This document shows, one piece after another, positions 13,469-28,400 of a stretch of DNA of 64,000 nucleotides. Position numbers and translations under genes: made by a program. Location: contig NW_018407298.1 of NCBI RefSeq assembly GCF_002113885.1, forward strand, positions 129,462 through 193,461, given 5' to 3'. Source of the DNA: Mizuhopecten yessoensis (lineage: Eukaryota). Numbering within the stretch: position 1 is the stretch's first letter; the number at the start of each line of letters is the position of its first letter. A model generated the notes under the pieces. It saw nothing but the letters and a program-made list of their open reading frames with translations. It did no database searches and was not told the DNA's origin.

Positions 13469-16400
13469 ATGGCTGAAAGGGGAACTTGGGAGGCAGGAGA
13501 GACGTCTCCCTTGATGGTTGATCCCGATACAGGTTGTACAGTTTGATGTCCTGTATTTTTCAGTGTGTTTTTGACTTAATCATAGCCTTAGACTGACAGT
13601 TAAGGTACATATACTGTAGCACTGTATATTATATATATAGACCACCGTGTTTACATGCCTGGTACATAATCAGACAACATGATCACAACACCATACGACA
13701 CCTGTTTTGATGATCACCCTTAACGCGGTTACACCACCTGTATTAATGATCACCCCTACCACATCTGTATTGATGATTACCCTTACACCACCTGTATTGA
13801 TGATCACCCCTACACCACATTTGTATTGATGATTACCCTTACCACACCTGTATTGATGATAACCCCTACGCCACATCTGTATTGATGATCACCCCTACAC
13901 CACACCTGTACTGATGATCACCCCTACCACACTTGTATTGATGATTACCCTTACCACACCTGTATTGATGATCACCCTTACCACACCTGTATTGATGATC
14001 ACCCTTACCACACCTGTACTGATGATCACCCCTACACCACCTGTATTGATGATTACCCTTACACCACCTGTATTGATGATCACCCTTACACCATCTGTAT
14101 TGATGATCACCCCTACCACACCTGTCATGGTGTCTAATATTAATGATCACCCATACCTCATGTGCATTTTTTCCCCGAATGTTTCTAGAATCAGCACACC
14201 AGAAACAAGAAAACATGGACAGGAGACAAGACTTTACAGGAGTAGCTATAGATCCTACATTTCATGTAAACAGTCAACAAGATGCAGATGGCAGCAGATA
14301 CAGGTAAGCACTAGTTTAAAAGCAGGTAGTACAGTAATATGGATAAGACAAGATAGATTACAGTAGCAAGCTGATTTACCTGGTCTCACTGGTCAGGGGA
14401 AAGCAAACTGATTTACCTAGTCTCACTGATCAGGGGACAGGAAACTGATTTACCTGGTCTCACTTGTCAGGAGAAAGGAAACTGATTTACCTGGTCTCAC
14501 TGGTCAGGGGACAGGAAACTGATTTACCTGGTCTCACTGGTCAGGGGACAGCAAACTGATTTACCTGGTCTCGCTGATCGGGGACAGGAAACTGATTTAC
14601 CTGGTCTCACTGATCAGGGGACAGGAAACTGATTTACCTGGTCTCACTGATCAGGGGACAGGAAACTGATTTACCTGGTCTCACTGATCAGGGGACAGGA
14701 ATCTGATTTACTGGTCTCACTGGTCAGGGGACAGGAAACTGATTTACCTGGTCTCACTAATCAGGGGACAGGAAACTGATTTACCAAGTCTCACTGATCA
14801 GGGGGACAGGAAACTGATTTACCTAGTCTCACTGAACACGGACAGGAATCTGATTTACTGGCAAATGGCTTGCAAGTGGGAAAGCCAGATTAGTTGTGAA
14901 TAGATTGACAAGATTCAACTGTGAATATGTACTTTTACATTCAAGAAAAAATATGCTTTTAAATGTTAGGTTTTTCTACGATCTTAAAGATATTAAAATG
15001 CCTAAATAAGTAAGTATTTCTATCAACATTTATATTATGGTTTAATTAACATTTTAGGTCCGATAATGGTGACTTTGAAAGTCATATGGGGCATCCAAAC
15101 TCACGTTATTCTAGCAGTGAAGGGGGAGCTACACTGGTACGAAGACGAAAGTCGTCGCGTCATCACGGTCAAGATGGTCAATATGAAGACTGGGATGAGG
15201 AGGAGTCCAACATGTTACCAAGTCTACGATTTCAACAACGTTCTCGTACAAAATCCCTGAAACAACGACATAAGGAACTTCAAGATGAGCATGTACAAAG
15301 TCAGAATAATAAACCACAGACACTGCGGGAACGGTATGCTGAGATGAAGGAGCGAGAGGAAGTGACAGCTGGCAATTTGGCTAGCTTGATGAGGTAACCA
15401 TTTACACTAGTAATGTGACTAGCTTGATGAGGTAACCATTTACACTAGTAATGTGACTAGCTTGATGAGGTAACCATTTACACTAGTAATGTGACTAGCT
15501 TGATGAGGTAACCATTTACACTAGTAATGTGACTAGCTTGATGAGGTAACCATTTACACTAGTAATGTGACTAGCTTGATGAGGTAACCATTTACACTAG
15601 TAATGTGACTAGCTTGATGAGGTAACCATTTACACTAGTAATGTGACTAGCTTGATGAGGTAACCATTTACACTAGTAATGTGACTAGCTTGATGAGGTA
15701 ACCATTTACACTAGTAATGTGACTAGCTTGATGAGGTAACCATTTACACTAGTAATGTGACTAGCTTGATGAGGTAACCATTTACACTAGTAATGTGACT
15801 AGCTTGATGAGGTAACCATTTACACTAGTAATGTGACTAGCTTGATGAGGTAACCATTTACACTAGTAATGTGACTAGCTTGATGAGGTAACCATTTACA
15901 CTAGTAATGTGACTAGCTTGATGAGGTAACCATTTACACTAGTAATGTGACTAGCTTGATGAGGTAACCATTTACACTAGTAATGTGACTAGCTTGATGA
16001 GGTAACCATTTACACTAGTAATGTGACTAGCTTGATGAGGTAACCATTTACACTAGTAATGTGACTAGCTTGATGAGGTAACCATTTACACTAGTAATGT
16101 GACTAGCTTGATGAGGTAACCATTTACACTAGTAATGTGACTAGCTTGATGAGGTAACCATTTACTCTGTAACGAGACAAACTAATTTAAATCTTGCTAA
16201 TAAGTTCCGGTAAATTGACCAAGTGCTCTTTTAGAGTTGTCATGAGGCTACCTTGATGAGGTAATCAATTACAACAGTGAATTGGCTGACTTAACGAGGT
16301 AACAAATCACAATTGTAAGGTTAATTACCCGAAAGACAGACGAGCTTACACCATGACAATTATCTATCTACTTTTCATTTAAAAGAGTCCAGAATGGTTG

Positions 16401-19400
16401 GCAAAGGAGACTCAATTTTATATCATAGGGAAAATTGAGTAAATATTTAGGTGCCTACTCTTAAAGTAAATATTTAGGTGCCTACTCTTAAAGTAAATAT
16501 AAAAGGATTTAAGCTAACTTCAATTGATGTCAGGATATCCCTAGGCCAGGGGTCTCATTATTTTATAAATGAACAGTGTGACCTTCCATATCTAAAAGCT
16601 ACTTCTTCAGTACAGGTTAAGTGATTTAGACCATATTGGCATCACCCTGGGACAACTCCTGTATGAATCAGGAATCACATTCATACAGGAGTTGGTCCCA
16701 GGGTGATGCCCCCAGTTTACAGTTCGTGTATCAACTTAAATGCCTGGTGTACCTATTTAAGTCACAGTTGTACCCATTTCATTGTCTGGTGTACCCATTT
16801 CAATGTCTGTTGTACACAACAGACATTGAAATGGGTGTTATATGTCTAACACCAAGGGATCTCAAGGTTATATAAATCACATGGGGGCAATGAGGTGGAG
16901 CCCAATAGAGGAAATACAAGTGAAGTTTATTCTTTCAGTGGAGTTAAGTGATTTTAACGTACCTGATTTATTATGAAGCATCTTTGAACAAAGGGGATTC
17001 AACTTTGTATCAACAATGGATGTGAAGCCCTTGCCTTCAGGGCAGAGTGGCCCGTAGCATAGGGTTTTTGTCATGAACAGGCAAATACTTACTAATTTTG
17101 CCAATAGTGAAGCTGCTATGTCTTGGCTTGCATCAAGTGTTTAAGTTTATATAAGTCACTTTTTGCATATAAAACATTGTATCTAGAGAAGGGATTAAAA
17201 TATACAAAATAAACATCTATATTTATTTGGATTTCAAATTAAGTCTGTTGAATATCTACATTTTGTTGTATGTACCCAGTTTACAGTTGGTGTATCAACT
17301 TAAATGCCTGGTGTACCAATTTAAGTCACAGTTGTACTCATTTCATTGTCTGTTGTACCCATTTCATTGTCTGGTGTATCCATTTCAGTGTCTGGTGTAC
17401 CCATTTTAGTGTCTGGTGTACCCATTACGGTGTTTGTTGTACCCATTTCAGTGTCTGGTATACCCATTTCAGTGTCTGGTGTACCCATTTCAGTTTCTGG
17501 TGTACCAATTTCAGTGTCTGGTGTACACATTTCAGGGTGTGGTATACCCATTTCAGTGTATGGTCTCCCCATTTTAGTGTCTGGTGTACCCATTTCAGTG
17601 TCTGGTATACCCATTTCAGTTTCTGGTGTACCAATTTCAGTGTCTGGTGTACACATTTCAGTGTGTGGTATACCCATTTCAGTGTCTGGTGTACCCATTT
17701 TAGTGTCTGGTGTACCCATTTCATTGTCTGGTGTACCCATTTCATTGTCTGGTATACCCATTTCATTGTCTGGTATACCCATTTCAATGTCTGGTGTACC
17801 CATTTCATTGTCTGGTATACCAATTTAAGTCACAGTTGTACTCATTTCATTGTTTGTTGTACCCATTTCAGTGTCTGGTGTACCCATTTCAGTGTCTGGG
17901 ATACCCATTTCAGTGTATGGTATACCCATTTCAGTGTCTGGTGTACCCATTTCATTGTTTGTTGTACCCATTTCAGTGTCTTGTGTACCAATTTCATTGT
18001 TTGTTGTACCAATTTCAGTGTCTGGTGTACCCATTTCAGTGTCTGGTGTACCAATTTAAGTCACAGTTATACCCATTTCATTGTATGGTGTTCCCATTTC
18101 AGTGTCTGGTGTATCCATTTCAGTGTCTGGTGTACCCATTTCAGTGTCTGGGGTACCCATTTCAGTGTCTGGTATACCCATTTCATTGTTTGTTGTACCC
18201 ATTTCAGTGTCTGGTGTACCCATTTCATTGTTTGTTGTAGCCATTTCAGTGTCTGGTGTACCCATTTCAGGGTCTGGTGTACCCATTTCAGTGTCTGGTA
18301 TACCCATTTCAGTGTCCGGTGTACCAATTTAAGTCACAGTTGTACTCATTTCATTGTCTGTTGTACCCATTTCAGTGTCTGGTGTACCCATTTCATTGTC
18401 TGGTGTACCAATTTAAGTCACAGTTGTACTCATTTCATTGTTTGTTGTACCCATTTCAGTGTCTGGTATACCCATTTCAGTGTCTGGTGTACCAATTTCA
18501 GTGTCTGGTGTACCCATTTCAGTTTCTTGTGTACCCATTCCAGTGTCTGGTGTACCCATTTCACTGGTTTTTGTACCCATTTCATTGGTATAACTATCTC
18601 AGTTTCTGTTGTACCAGTTTCCTTGCTTTTAGTGCTGTTACAGATGGTAGTTAAGATAAACAACTTTTTAAACATGAACATTGTAAATGTTGATTTATTT
18701 GCATGCTAACTATTGCATTGTAGAAAGACTAACACATTGATGTAATCTGAGTTTATTTTTTCCTGACAGAGACAAAAACCAGTAAGTAGTGTTAATGTAA
18801 TGAGGGAGTAGTCAATCCAATGTGCACTTCCCAGACTGTTATACAGAAGAATAACATTAGCAATAGGTCTCTTAAATAATATGCTAACATGCTAAATCCC
18901 AATATTCTCTACAACTCTTTCTTCATTTTCAAAAGTTACTAAGATTTAAAGACCAGGTATTGAAGAACTACATCTGGTATTAATCTAACAAAATCTGCTA
19001 ACAGGTGCTCGATTTCCATTTAAAATTCGTCTTGTTAATAATATAAAAAAACAACACATAAACATATTAAATACCTAACACTTTTCTCTTTAGTTTTACA
19101 TGGTACTCTTCTAAGCTTTGAAATATAACTATAAAAACATAAGAGATTGGGTTTGTCTCAGGATAGATACAGGATAAATTATTTTTTTGAGAAAAAAAAC
19201 ATGGTTTGTCAAAGGATTATGGGGTTTGTTTCAGAAAAAATGATTGTACGTGTGACCCTGAGTAACTCCTCACATAAAAATAGAGCTACTGCACCCCGGT
19301 AATAGATCTTGTCAGTGAACACAGGAATGGTCACAGGGAGTTGTTTTTTAAACAGATTTGACATATCTTGTATTTTTTGTGCATGAAAAGAACACAATGT

Positions 19401-22400
19401 ATGCAGGATAGAACTTTTCATCTGTCCTGTTTCTATCCAATACTTAACCATGCCGTGATGAAATTTCCATATGAAACATGTAGATGTTTACACAGTATTA
19501 TGTGTAACTTCAGGGCCAGACGTGGGACAGACTTTAAGTTAATGAGGTAACCCTGCACGAACCAGCCTATTATGGTATATACAGTAGTACGTTCATCTGC
19601 CTCCTCCAATTATCTATGCCCACAACACAAAGCAGTACACCCTGATGGTCCAGGCTCCGGTATAAACCAGACCTTTAGCTTGGCGACACTTTATCATTTG
19701 TATTTAAGGCTTTATGATCCCTGACACATTATGCTTGTTACTTTTATAAAGATTGTTTTTCCTTACTCCCATGAAGGCAGGTGTGTCTGTATGTTATTGA
19801 GCGAGGAGCTTTCCACCTGATCAAAAAGTGGCCATGCATGGTCTTTTAGCCTGTTTATTGAGAATATTCTGATGATACAATTGCATATCAAGCTGAAGGA
19901 TACAGCGTATATTGTATATATGTTACCTCCCCTTAGATTATGTGGGGTGAAGTCTGAAAGATATGTATGGCTATAACTCAGGATTTGTGTTATGCACAAT
20001 ATTCTTATACAAATATATCCATGTCATTATATGTATAGGTAAATTGACACTAATTCCTAATATCAAATATCATATCAACTCTGTCTTAATCGATTTGATG
20101 TAATGAATATGAAAAATTATATTATATGTATTCTTCAGTTTATATTGCATGTCTATTTGAAGTATTGTTTGTGTAAGCTATATAAACATAATCACCTGTG
20201 AAGAACCTTACAGCTCCTTGAGGGTTCATTCAATCTAAGGTGCTACAGAATAAATAAACACAAACTGTGTTCACTACCTGTATTATTTGAAAGTGAGATT
20301 CCATTTACCTCAATTAAACAGATGATAGCTGAAGTCATTTTGATGCAGGATAATTATTCAACGCTTTTTCTCATTCTTAACCCGTTTATTTAACTAATCT
20401 TAACCAAAACATCTGATGGAGTGTAGATTAAAATCACTATTTAACTACTGAAGATGTTTTAGCGATTGACATGCCCTTATGTTTTAATGAAGCCTGTCTT
20501 TTGAGGGTTTATACAAGACATTAAATCAGTATTACAAAGACAGTTTACAATGTTATAATGTGCAATTTTACACAAATGTATGAAATTTTACAATCATATC
20601 TAAAACAGATTTTTACATACTTCAAAAACTTTGAGGCCATGTAAAAGAACTTTGAGGCCATGTAAAAGAACTTTGAGACCATGTAAAAGAACTTTGAGGC
20701 CACGTAAAAGATTAGATGTTAAAGTGTAAGCTTGATAATGAAAACTATCATGTTAAATCTGTGTCAAATATCTCTCGTAAGTAGAATTACACTTTTATAA
20801 AGTCAAAAACGCATGCTACAGGGTTATACTGTCATGAGGGTTAGAAGTTGCTTGGGATACAGTCATGATCAACCTCAAGGTCCTATTCCAGAATGTTGCA
20901 TCTTTGGTGGAGGAATCACTTGAGTGGAAGACTTAGGATTTAATGCACTGAAGTAATAAATTCACATCTATTATATACATGTATGTGCACTGAAGAGTTA
21001 ATATTGTACAGCTTCTTTTGCAGGAGATGTTTGTAAGTATTAAATTGTACTCGAATATCTTATTTTACTTTTAAAAAGATATAGTCTACCCTATAATTAA
21101 TAATTAATAAAAATTGGCTATAAGGATGAATATTTAGCCATTGGTTTATTACAAGAAAGTTTAATTAAAGTAAAATTGTTATTCCCTTGTTTCCCCAGGG
21201 ACTCCACTCTCAACAAGATGAACAGATCTAGAATGCTCAAGGGCACGGAATCCAAGGTACAGACCCCCTCTTATGACAGGCCATATATAGATATGTACCA
21301 CTCAAATGTGTACTCGTAACAGCACATTAAAATTTCAACATATACAGTAGGAGTGTTCATATGATTTTTATGTAAACATTGTTATTGGTCATTACATAAC
21401 CCAACACCGAGCAGGTATGATTCACAGTTCATTTACTGGAGCCAGATTTTATAAATACTTGTTTCACTAACCTACATACTTTTTTTTGTATTTGCTTATT
21501 ATGATCTGGGAGAGGTTCAGATATCTGCCCATATTTGTATTTCCCTAGCTAGCTGTCACACACTGGTGGGGCATTAAATGATGCTATTGGGACAACCTTA
21601 AGTTTTTCCAAATGACATCTTCGGTAGACTTAATTGTGTTTATCTTCATTATTCTTATACCTGTACTATAAGTCCAACAGTCATCAAACTTCATTATTCT
21701 TATACCTGTACTATATAAGTCCAACAGTCATCACACTTCATTATTCTTATACATGTACTACAAGTCCAACAATCATCAAACTTCATTATTCTTATACCTG
21801 TACTACAAGTCCTACAGTCATTAAACTTCATTATTCTTATACCTGTACTACAAGTCCAACGGTCATCAAACTTCATTATTCTTATACCTGTACTACAAGT
21901 CCTACAGTCATCAAACTTCATTATTCTTATACCTGTACTACAAGTCCAACACTCATCAAACTTCATTATTCTTATACCTGTACTATAAGTCCTACAGTTA
22001 TCAAACTTCATTATTCTTATACCTGTACTATAAGTCCTACAGTCATCAAACTTCATTATTCTTATACCTGTACTACAAGTCCAACAGTCATCAAACTTCA
22101 TACTTTTATGCATCTTGAAAAGTACATACTAACACTCCAATATATCAAATGTAGATCACTGTGACCTATAATTTTTGGTTCAGTGACTTTGGGTAAGACT
22201 GACATTAAGGACCCCTGTCCCACTGCACTGTGGTTTTTCATATATACAGTAATAACCTCCCCTTACCGGTCAGTTTGATTTGGATTTTTGTCATGCAGAT
22301 TTTGAAAAATAAAATTTGTGATAATCATAAGCTGCTGGTAAATCAAAATATATACTGAAAAACACTTAATTTGAGGGGGATTAAGGTGGGGCTGTAAGTT

Positions 22401-25400
22401 GTCACAGAATAAAAAAATCATCGTCAAGTTTTTAATGCGTGATATCTCTCTTAGGAGTACTATACCATTATAGGGCCTATAGGTCACTTTGACCTGAATG
22501 TTCTGCTTCACTGACATTGATTACATTTACATACATGTAGCTGAATTTGTGTGGTTAAACTCGGGGTTGTTTAGCTCCATTTCTTTGCTTAGACTGAAAA
22601 GATACTTTTATTTCCATCTATATGTTTAAAACATTTTCTAGTTTATCTTAACCTTTCACTTGGAAATAAACATGAATTTTAAGTATCAAGGTGAAGGTCA
22701 ATCATAAGTAGAAATGTATACACAGAGATTTATGGAGTTTTAGAACTTCTATGATGCAGTGATGGATCTACAATTTATTTCCATCGATCCTTTTCCGCTG
22801 TATTGCTAAAACAATGGGTCAACAATGATAAATTTCAGTATTTCTAGAAATTCTTTGAGTCCCATTAAAATTTTATGAGTAGAGGCCTCGGGACTAGATT
22901 GATCACTGTTGACAGTAAATCAGTTTGTCATGATCTACTGAGCTGTTGATCAGGAAGTTGTCCAAAATACACTGTAAAATAACATGACGCTGTTTGATTA
23001 TCAGATGTGGCACAAGCTGAAAAGACAAAGTAAAGAAGTCCTACAGCACTTTACCATATGGCTGAGTGTGTTCAAAGAAATTGAAGGCAAGTGTTGATCT
23101 CTTATCGAAATATTTAAACACATTCACCTGTAACTACATGTAAGAATCAAATCGGTCAATATTTATTTTGTGAACGTTTGTTTTTTGTGTATTCCTGAAT
23201 CAACTCAAGAAGACATTGATAAACATGTATTATTTTTACAGTAGGAGTACATGTAATGATTTTGTCTTCTTTACAGAGCAAACCTTTTTTTTCATACAGA
23301 GTGTATAACAATTAATCTTAAAGATCGGCATGGTACAATTTTCTTGTAACTCACTTAAGTCATGTCAAACAATCAAAAAGTCAAAATGTGAACATTGAAA
23401 ACAATATTTGGCTTCAAGTCTCTTCAAATTTTGTCCAAATCATTGACAAAATAAGATTTTTATTTATTAGTTCATAACAAGAACAAGAACAAGAAATTAA
23501 GCTTGAGCACAAAATCCATGCTTAAGCTTGAAATGGTTTCATGATTACAGGCTCATGTGTTCAGTTGATTTATTCTAGATAACCTTACTCATTAGACCTT
23601 TATTTGATGTCAGAGTTATCTCCCTGAAAAACTTTTTTGTCCCAAATGTATTGTAGTCAATGAAATGCTTTCCAAATATGTCATAAAAAAAATCATTTGT
23701 CAATGAGGCAATATTATAATTAATGGAAGATATTTGACAGGCATACAATAAATGTGAACCTCTTTTTAAAAGGATAAGATTGATATCACTGGCGGTGTAG
23801 CCTACATACAGATCAATTTCAACAAATTGTATCAATAGTATTCAATATTGTCAATTGTTCTAAATGAGGCTGAGTCTAAGTAAGACATCTGTTAAAAGAT
23901 ACATTGTGTTTATGATGATATTACTGGGGGAAATACATGCCAAACTCAACATTTGTGATTCTACCTGTTTTGGGGTGAAACCCATCTTTACTGGCGGAGA
24001 GAGATAAAAATAATAAAAGTGAATACATCAGAAGCTATCTTGTATGTACATACATCATGTCATAGAACATTAGTGAAAATGTAAATCTTTGATTTTCAGG
24101 CTCATACGGGACAGCCATTATGACTTACTTTCGCTTCATAAAGTGGCTAATGTTTCTCAACCTCTACATCATGATAATAATGTTTGGGGTGATCACAGTG
24201 CCACACCTAGCCCTAGGGCCCTATGAATTTCAGGAATCTGTGAGCCCTGAGGTTGGGGGATACCTAGAATCTGTCAACTGTACACTGGACTACATTGACT
24301 ATAACATCAACTACACAAACTCAGAGTCCACGTTCGAGAAGGTCCTTGATGTTCTACAGGGAACAGTAAGTCACCTTTGTTTTACATAACACATTAAAAA
24401 AATGTCTTTAATATTTAAAATTTTGTTTCATTCTGTCCTCAATATGTCTATGTGAATAACACTTGTGATGTGAGAGGAATGAAACCAGGGCATCCCAACC
24501 CTGGCATCCCTCCTAAAACATACTGGGGAAATAAAAAATTGAACCTAAAAGAAAAAGAATTACACTTCGCATTAAGATGTTTGATTCATTATGTGTAAGT
24601 ATAGTTCCTCTGGAATGTATACTTGCTGACCAGCTTTGCCACTAACCAAGACTTATTTTGCTGTGTAGGGTTGGATGGAGAGGAAGCTGTTGTTTTATGG
24701 AGTGTACTTCAACAAGACCTACAGTGTAGGAGATGATACAGAGGTCTACAATATGAGCCTAGCCTATCTGCTGGCTGTGGGGGCTAGCTTCATCATCAGC
24801 TTCCTTCTTCTAGTAAAAAAGTTAGTATGACCTAACTGGTCGACGGTTTCATGGAGAAGGGTGTGGTAGCTACGTATAGACCTGCATGCATCTGGGGACA
24901 TCACTGACTTCAATTAACGATATGTCATTCTGTGTCATGTTAGTTGTGTGGTTTTAATATTTTATCAAGTTAAATTGGATTCACTGTTTTCATAAACTTT
25001 CATTGAAAAAGAATGCATGTTATATTTTATGAATTTATACTAAGGAATATTCTCTTGTCAGACTTAAACCATTGAATTAATTGGAGAAAATCTAACCCAA
25101 GAAAAAATGTGAAATATAAGACTATTAACCTGTAACTTAAGGACATTCTTACGCTGAAAAATTGCGTGTGATTAGATTTCAGTGTATTTCTTGATTGTCA
25201 AATTATCTGTTAAACTTTCAATTGCTGATTGCAGTGTTCATTGACTCTGCTGATTGGTCAATCTTTCCGTTACAGTTCTGCCAAGAACGTGAAAGTGACC
25301 CTTGGAATAGAGAAGACTGTAGCTCGGTACTGTAACAAAGTGTTTGGTGGCTGGGATTATTGTATCAAGGAAGACCGGGGTGCAAACATCAAAAGGGCAA

Positions 25401-28400
25401 ACCTTAAGACTGATATAAAGGTAAAATTATTACCAATGGGCTGATATAAAGGTAAAATTATTACCAATGGTCTGATATAAAGGTAAAATTATTACCAATG
25501 GGCTTATATAAAGATAAAATTATTACCAATGGGCTGATATAAAGATAACATTATTACCAATGGGCTGATATAAAGATAAAATTATTACCAATGGGCTGTT
25601 ATAAAGATAAAATTATTACCAATGGGCTGATATAAAGGTTAAATTATTACCAATGGGCTGATATAAAGATAAAATTATTACCAAAGGGCTTATATAAAGA
25701 TAAAATTATTACCAATGGGCTGATATAAAGGTAAAATTATTACCAATGGGCATATATAAAGGTAAAATTATTACCAATGGGCTGATATAAAGATAAAATT
25801 ATTACCAATGGGCTGATATAAAGATAAAATTATTACCAATGGGCTTATATAAAGGTAAAATTATTACCAATGGGCTGATATAAAGGTAAAATTATTACCA
25901 ATGGGCTTATATAAAGATAAAATTATTACCAATGGGCTGATATGAAGGTAAAATTATTACCAATGGGCTGATATAAAGGTTAAATTATTACCAATTGGCT
26001 GATATAAAGGTAAAATTATTGCAAATATACATGGTCAGGACAAGCATGTTTCTCAGACCAATTTTGTCTGTCATGTAATATAATGAAGATTAAAATAATA
26101 ATGTATTGGAGATATAAAAAAGCAATGTTACTGTAAAAAAATGCATGTATTTCATATATTGCTGTATTGCTGATAAAGAACAATAAAATTCTGTTGATAT
26201 GATCAGGAAGCTACAATATGTATTGTTGGTTGTGTTACACTAAAATTACAATGACGTAAGTTGCCATTGTTGTAAGAGAGATGCAATGTATATGTTTGGT
26301 CATTGAAGGCTGACCTTCAGGAGCAGAGTCTCAAACTGAAGCTGTCCAAGCAGACGATGAAGGACAAGTGCCAGCTGTACATGATTCGTTTGGTGATCAA
26401 CATCCTAGTGCTTGCTCTCCTGGGGGGCGCCTGCTACCTTATCGCCTTCACCACAGAGAAGATGTTGGACGTAAATATCAACCTTTACTCTCTGCTTCTG
26501 TTTCTTTTGGAAAACCCAAGTCTCCAAGGTTTACTGACACAAACTATGTCCACATGAGATGAATCCCACACTCCTATATTTCCTGAGACAAATCCTTCCC
26601 TCCTATTTTTAGCTCACCTGGCTCGAAGGGCCAAGGGAGCTTATGGCATGGTGCGGCGTCCGTCGTCAACAGTTTACTTTAAACAACTTCTTTTCAATAA
26701 CCAAACTGCCCAGGGAGATGATATTTGGCCAGTAGCATGCTTGGGTGAAGGGCTACCAAGGTTGTTCAAATGAATGACCTTCAATTATATTCAAGGTCAC
26801 AGGGGTCAATTGTTTAAAAAAACCTATAAACAACTTCTTCTGAATAACCAAAATGCCCAGGGTGCTGATATTTGGCCAGTGGCATGCTGAGATGAAGGGC
26901 TACAAAGTTTGTTCAAATGAATGATCTTCACCCATATTCAAGGTCACAGGGGTCAAATATGTTAAAAACTTTAAACAACTTCTTTTCGATAACCAAACTG
27001 CCCAGGGAGATGATATTTGGCCAGTAGCATGCTTGGGAGAAGGGCTACCAAGGTTGTTCAAATGAATGACCTTCAATTATATTCAAGGTCACATGGGTCA
27101 AATATGTTAAAAACTTTAAACAACTTCTTTTCGATAACCAAACTGCCCAGGGAGATGATATTTGGCCAGTAGCATGCTTGGGTGAAGGGCTACCAAGTTT
27201 GTTCAAATGAATGACCTTCAATTATATTCAAGGTCACATGGGTCAAATATGTTAAAAACTTTAAACAACTTCTTTTCGATAACCAAACTGCCCAGGGAGA
27301 TGCTATTTGGCCAGTAGCATGCTTGGGTGAAGGGCTACCAAGTTTGTTCAAATGAATGACCTTCACCCATATTCAAGGTCACAGGGGTCAAATATGTTAA
27401 AAACTTTAAACAACTTCTTTTCGATAACCAAACTGCCCAGGGAGATGATATTTGGCCAGTAGCATGCTTGGGTGAAGGGCTACCAAGTTTGTTCAAATGA
27501 ATGACCTTCAATTATATTCAAGGTCACATGGGTCAAATATGTTAAAAACTTTAAACAACTTCTTCTGAATAACCAAAATGCCCAAGTTGATGATATTTAG
27601 CCAGTATCATGCTGAGATGAAGGGCTACAAAGTTTGTTCAAATGAATGACTTTCACCCATATTCAAGGCCACAGGGGTCAAATATGTTAAAATCTTGAAA
27701 CAACTTCTTCTGAATAACCAAAATTCCCAGGGTGATGATATTTAGTCAGTAGCATACTAGGATCAAGGGCTACGAAGTTTGTTTAAATGTATGAACTTGA
27801 ATCATATTCAAGGTCACAAGGAGCAAATATGTTCAAAATATTTAAACAACTTGTTCTGAATAACCAAAAGGCTCAGGATGTTGATATTTAGTCAGTAGCA
27901 TGCTGGGATCAAGGACTACTATGTTTGTTAAAGGGAATGACTTTGACTTATATTCAAGGTCACAGGGGTCTTCTGAATAACCATGTGTCCCAGGATGTTG
28001 ATACTTTGCAAGTTGCATCCTGAGATGAAAGGCTATAAAATTTGTTCGACTTTCAATCACATAGGTGAAATGTTTTAAAAAAAATTAACAGGATCTTTTG
28101 AATGAATTTTAATCATAAATACTGATATTTTGCCTGTAGCTTTATTTTAGATCACTTTTAAGGTTACATGTGTGAGATTTATACCAGGTGAGCGATGCAG
28201 GCCCATTGGGCCTCTTGCCCTGAGACAAATCTCACCCTCCTATATTTCCTGAGACAAACCCAACCCTGCTATATTTCCTGAGACAAATCCCACCCTCCTA
28301 TATTTCCTGAAACATATCCCACCTTCCTATATTTCCGGAGACAAATCCCACCCTCCTATATTTCCTGAAACATATCCCACCTTCCTATATTTCCTGGGAC

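Noticed and set aside
15381-16165. CRISPR-like appearance of 31-38-bp repeats (also 25410-26020 and 31653-34692)
   Set aside because: Head-to-tail units with no unique spacers, no cas genes, and a eukaryotic intron context.
17270-18709. 479-aa Cys/Trp/His-rich ORF and overlapping ORFs
   Set aside because: A 21-bp intronic minisatellite open in several frames on both strands; no unique coding context.
21634-22164. 176-aa ORF, and similar ORFs at 13866-14216 and 33794-34271
   Set aside because: Products of intronic 45-, 27- and 38-bp tandem repeats.
22184-22192. Possible 9-nt microexon (ttcag|TGACTTTGG|gtaag)
   Set aside because: This intron is phase 0, so the segment would begin with TGA; at most a poison exon, with no support.
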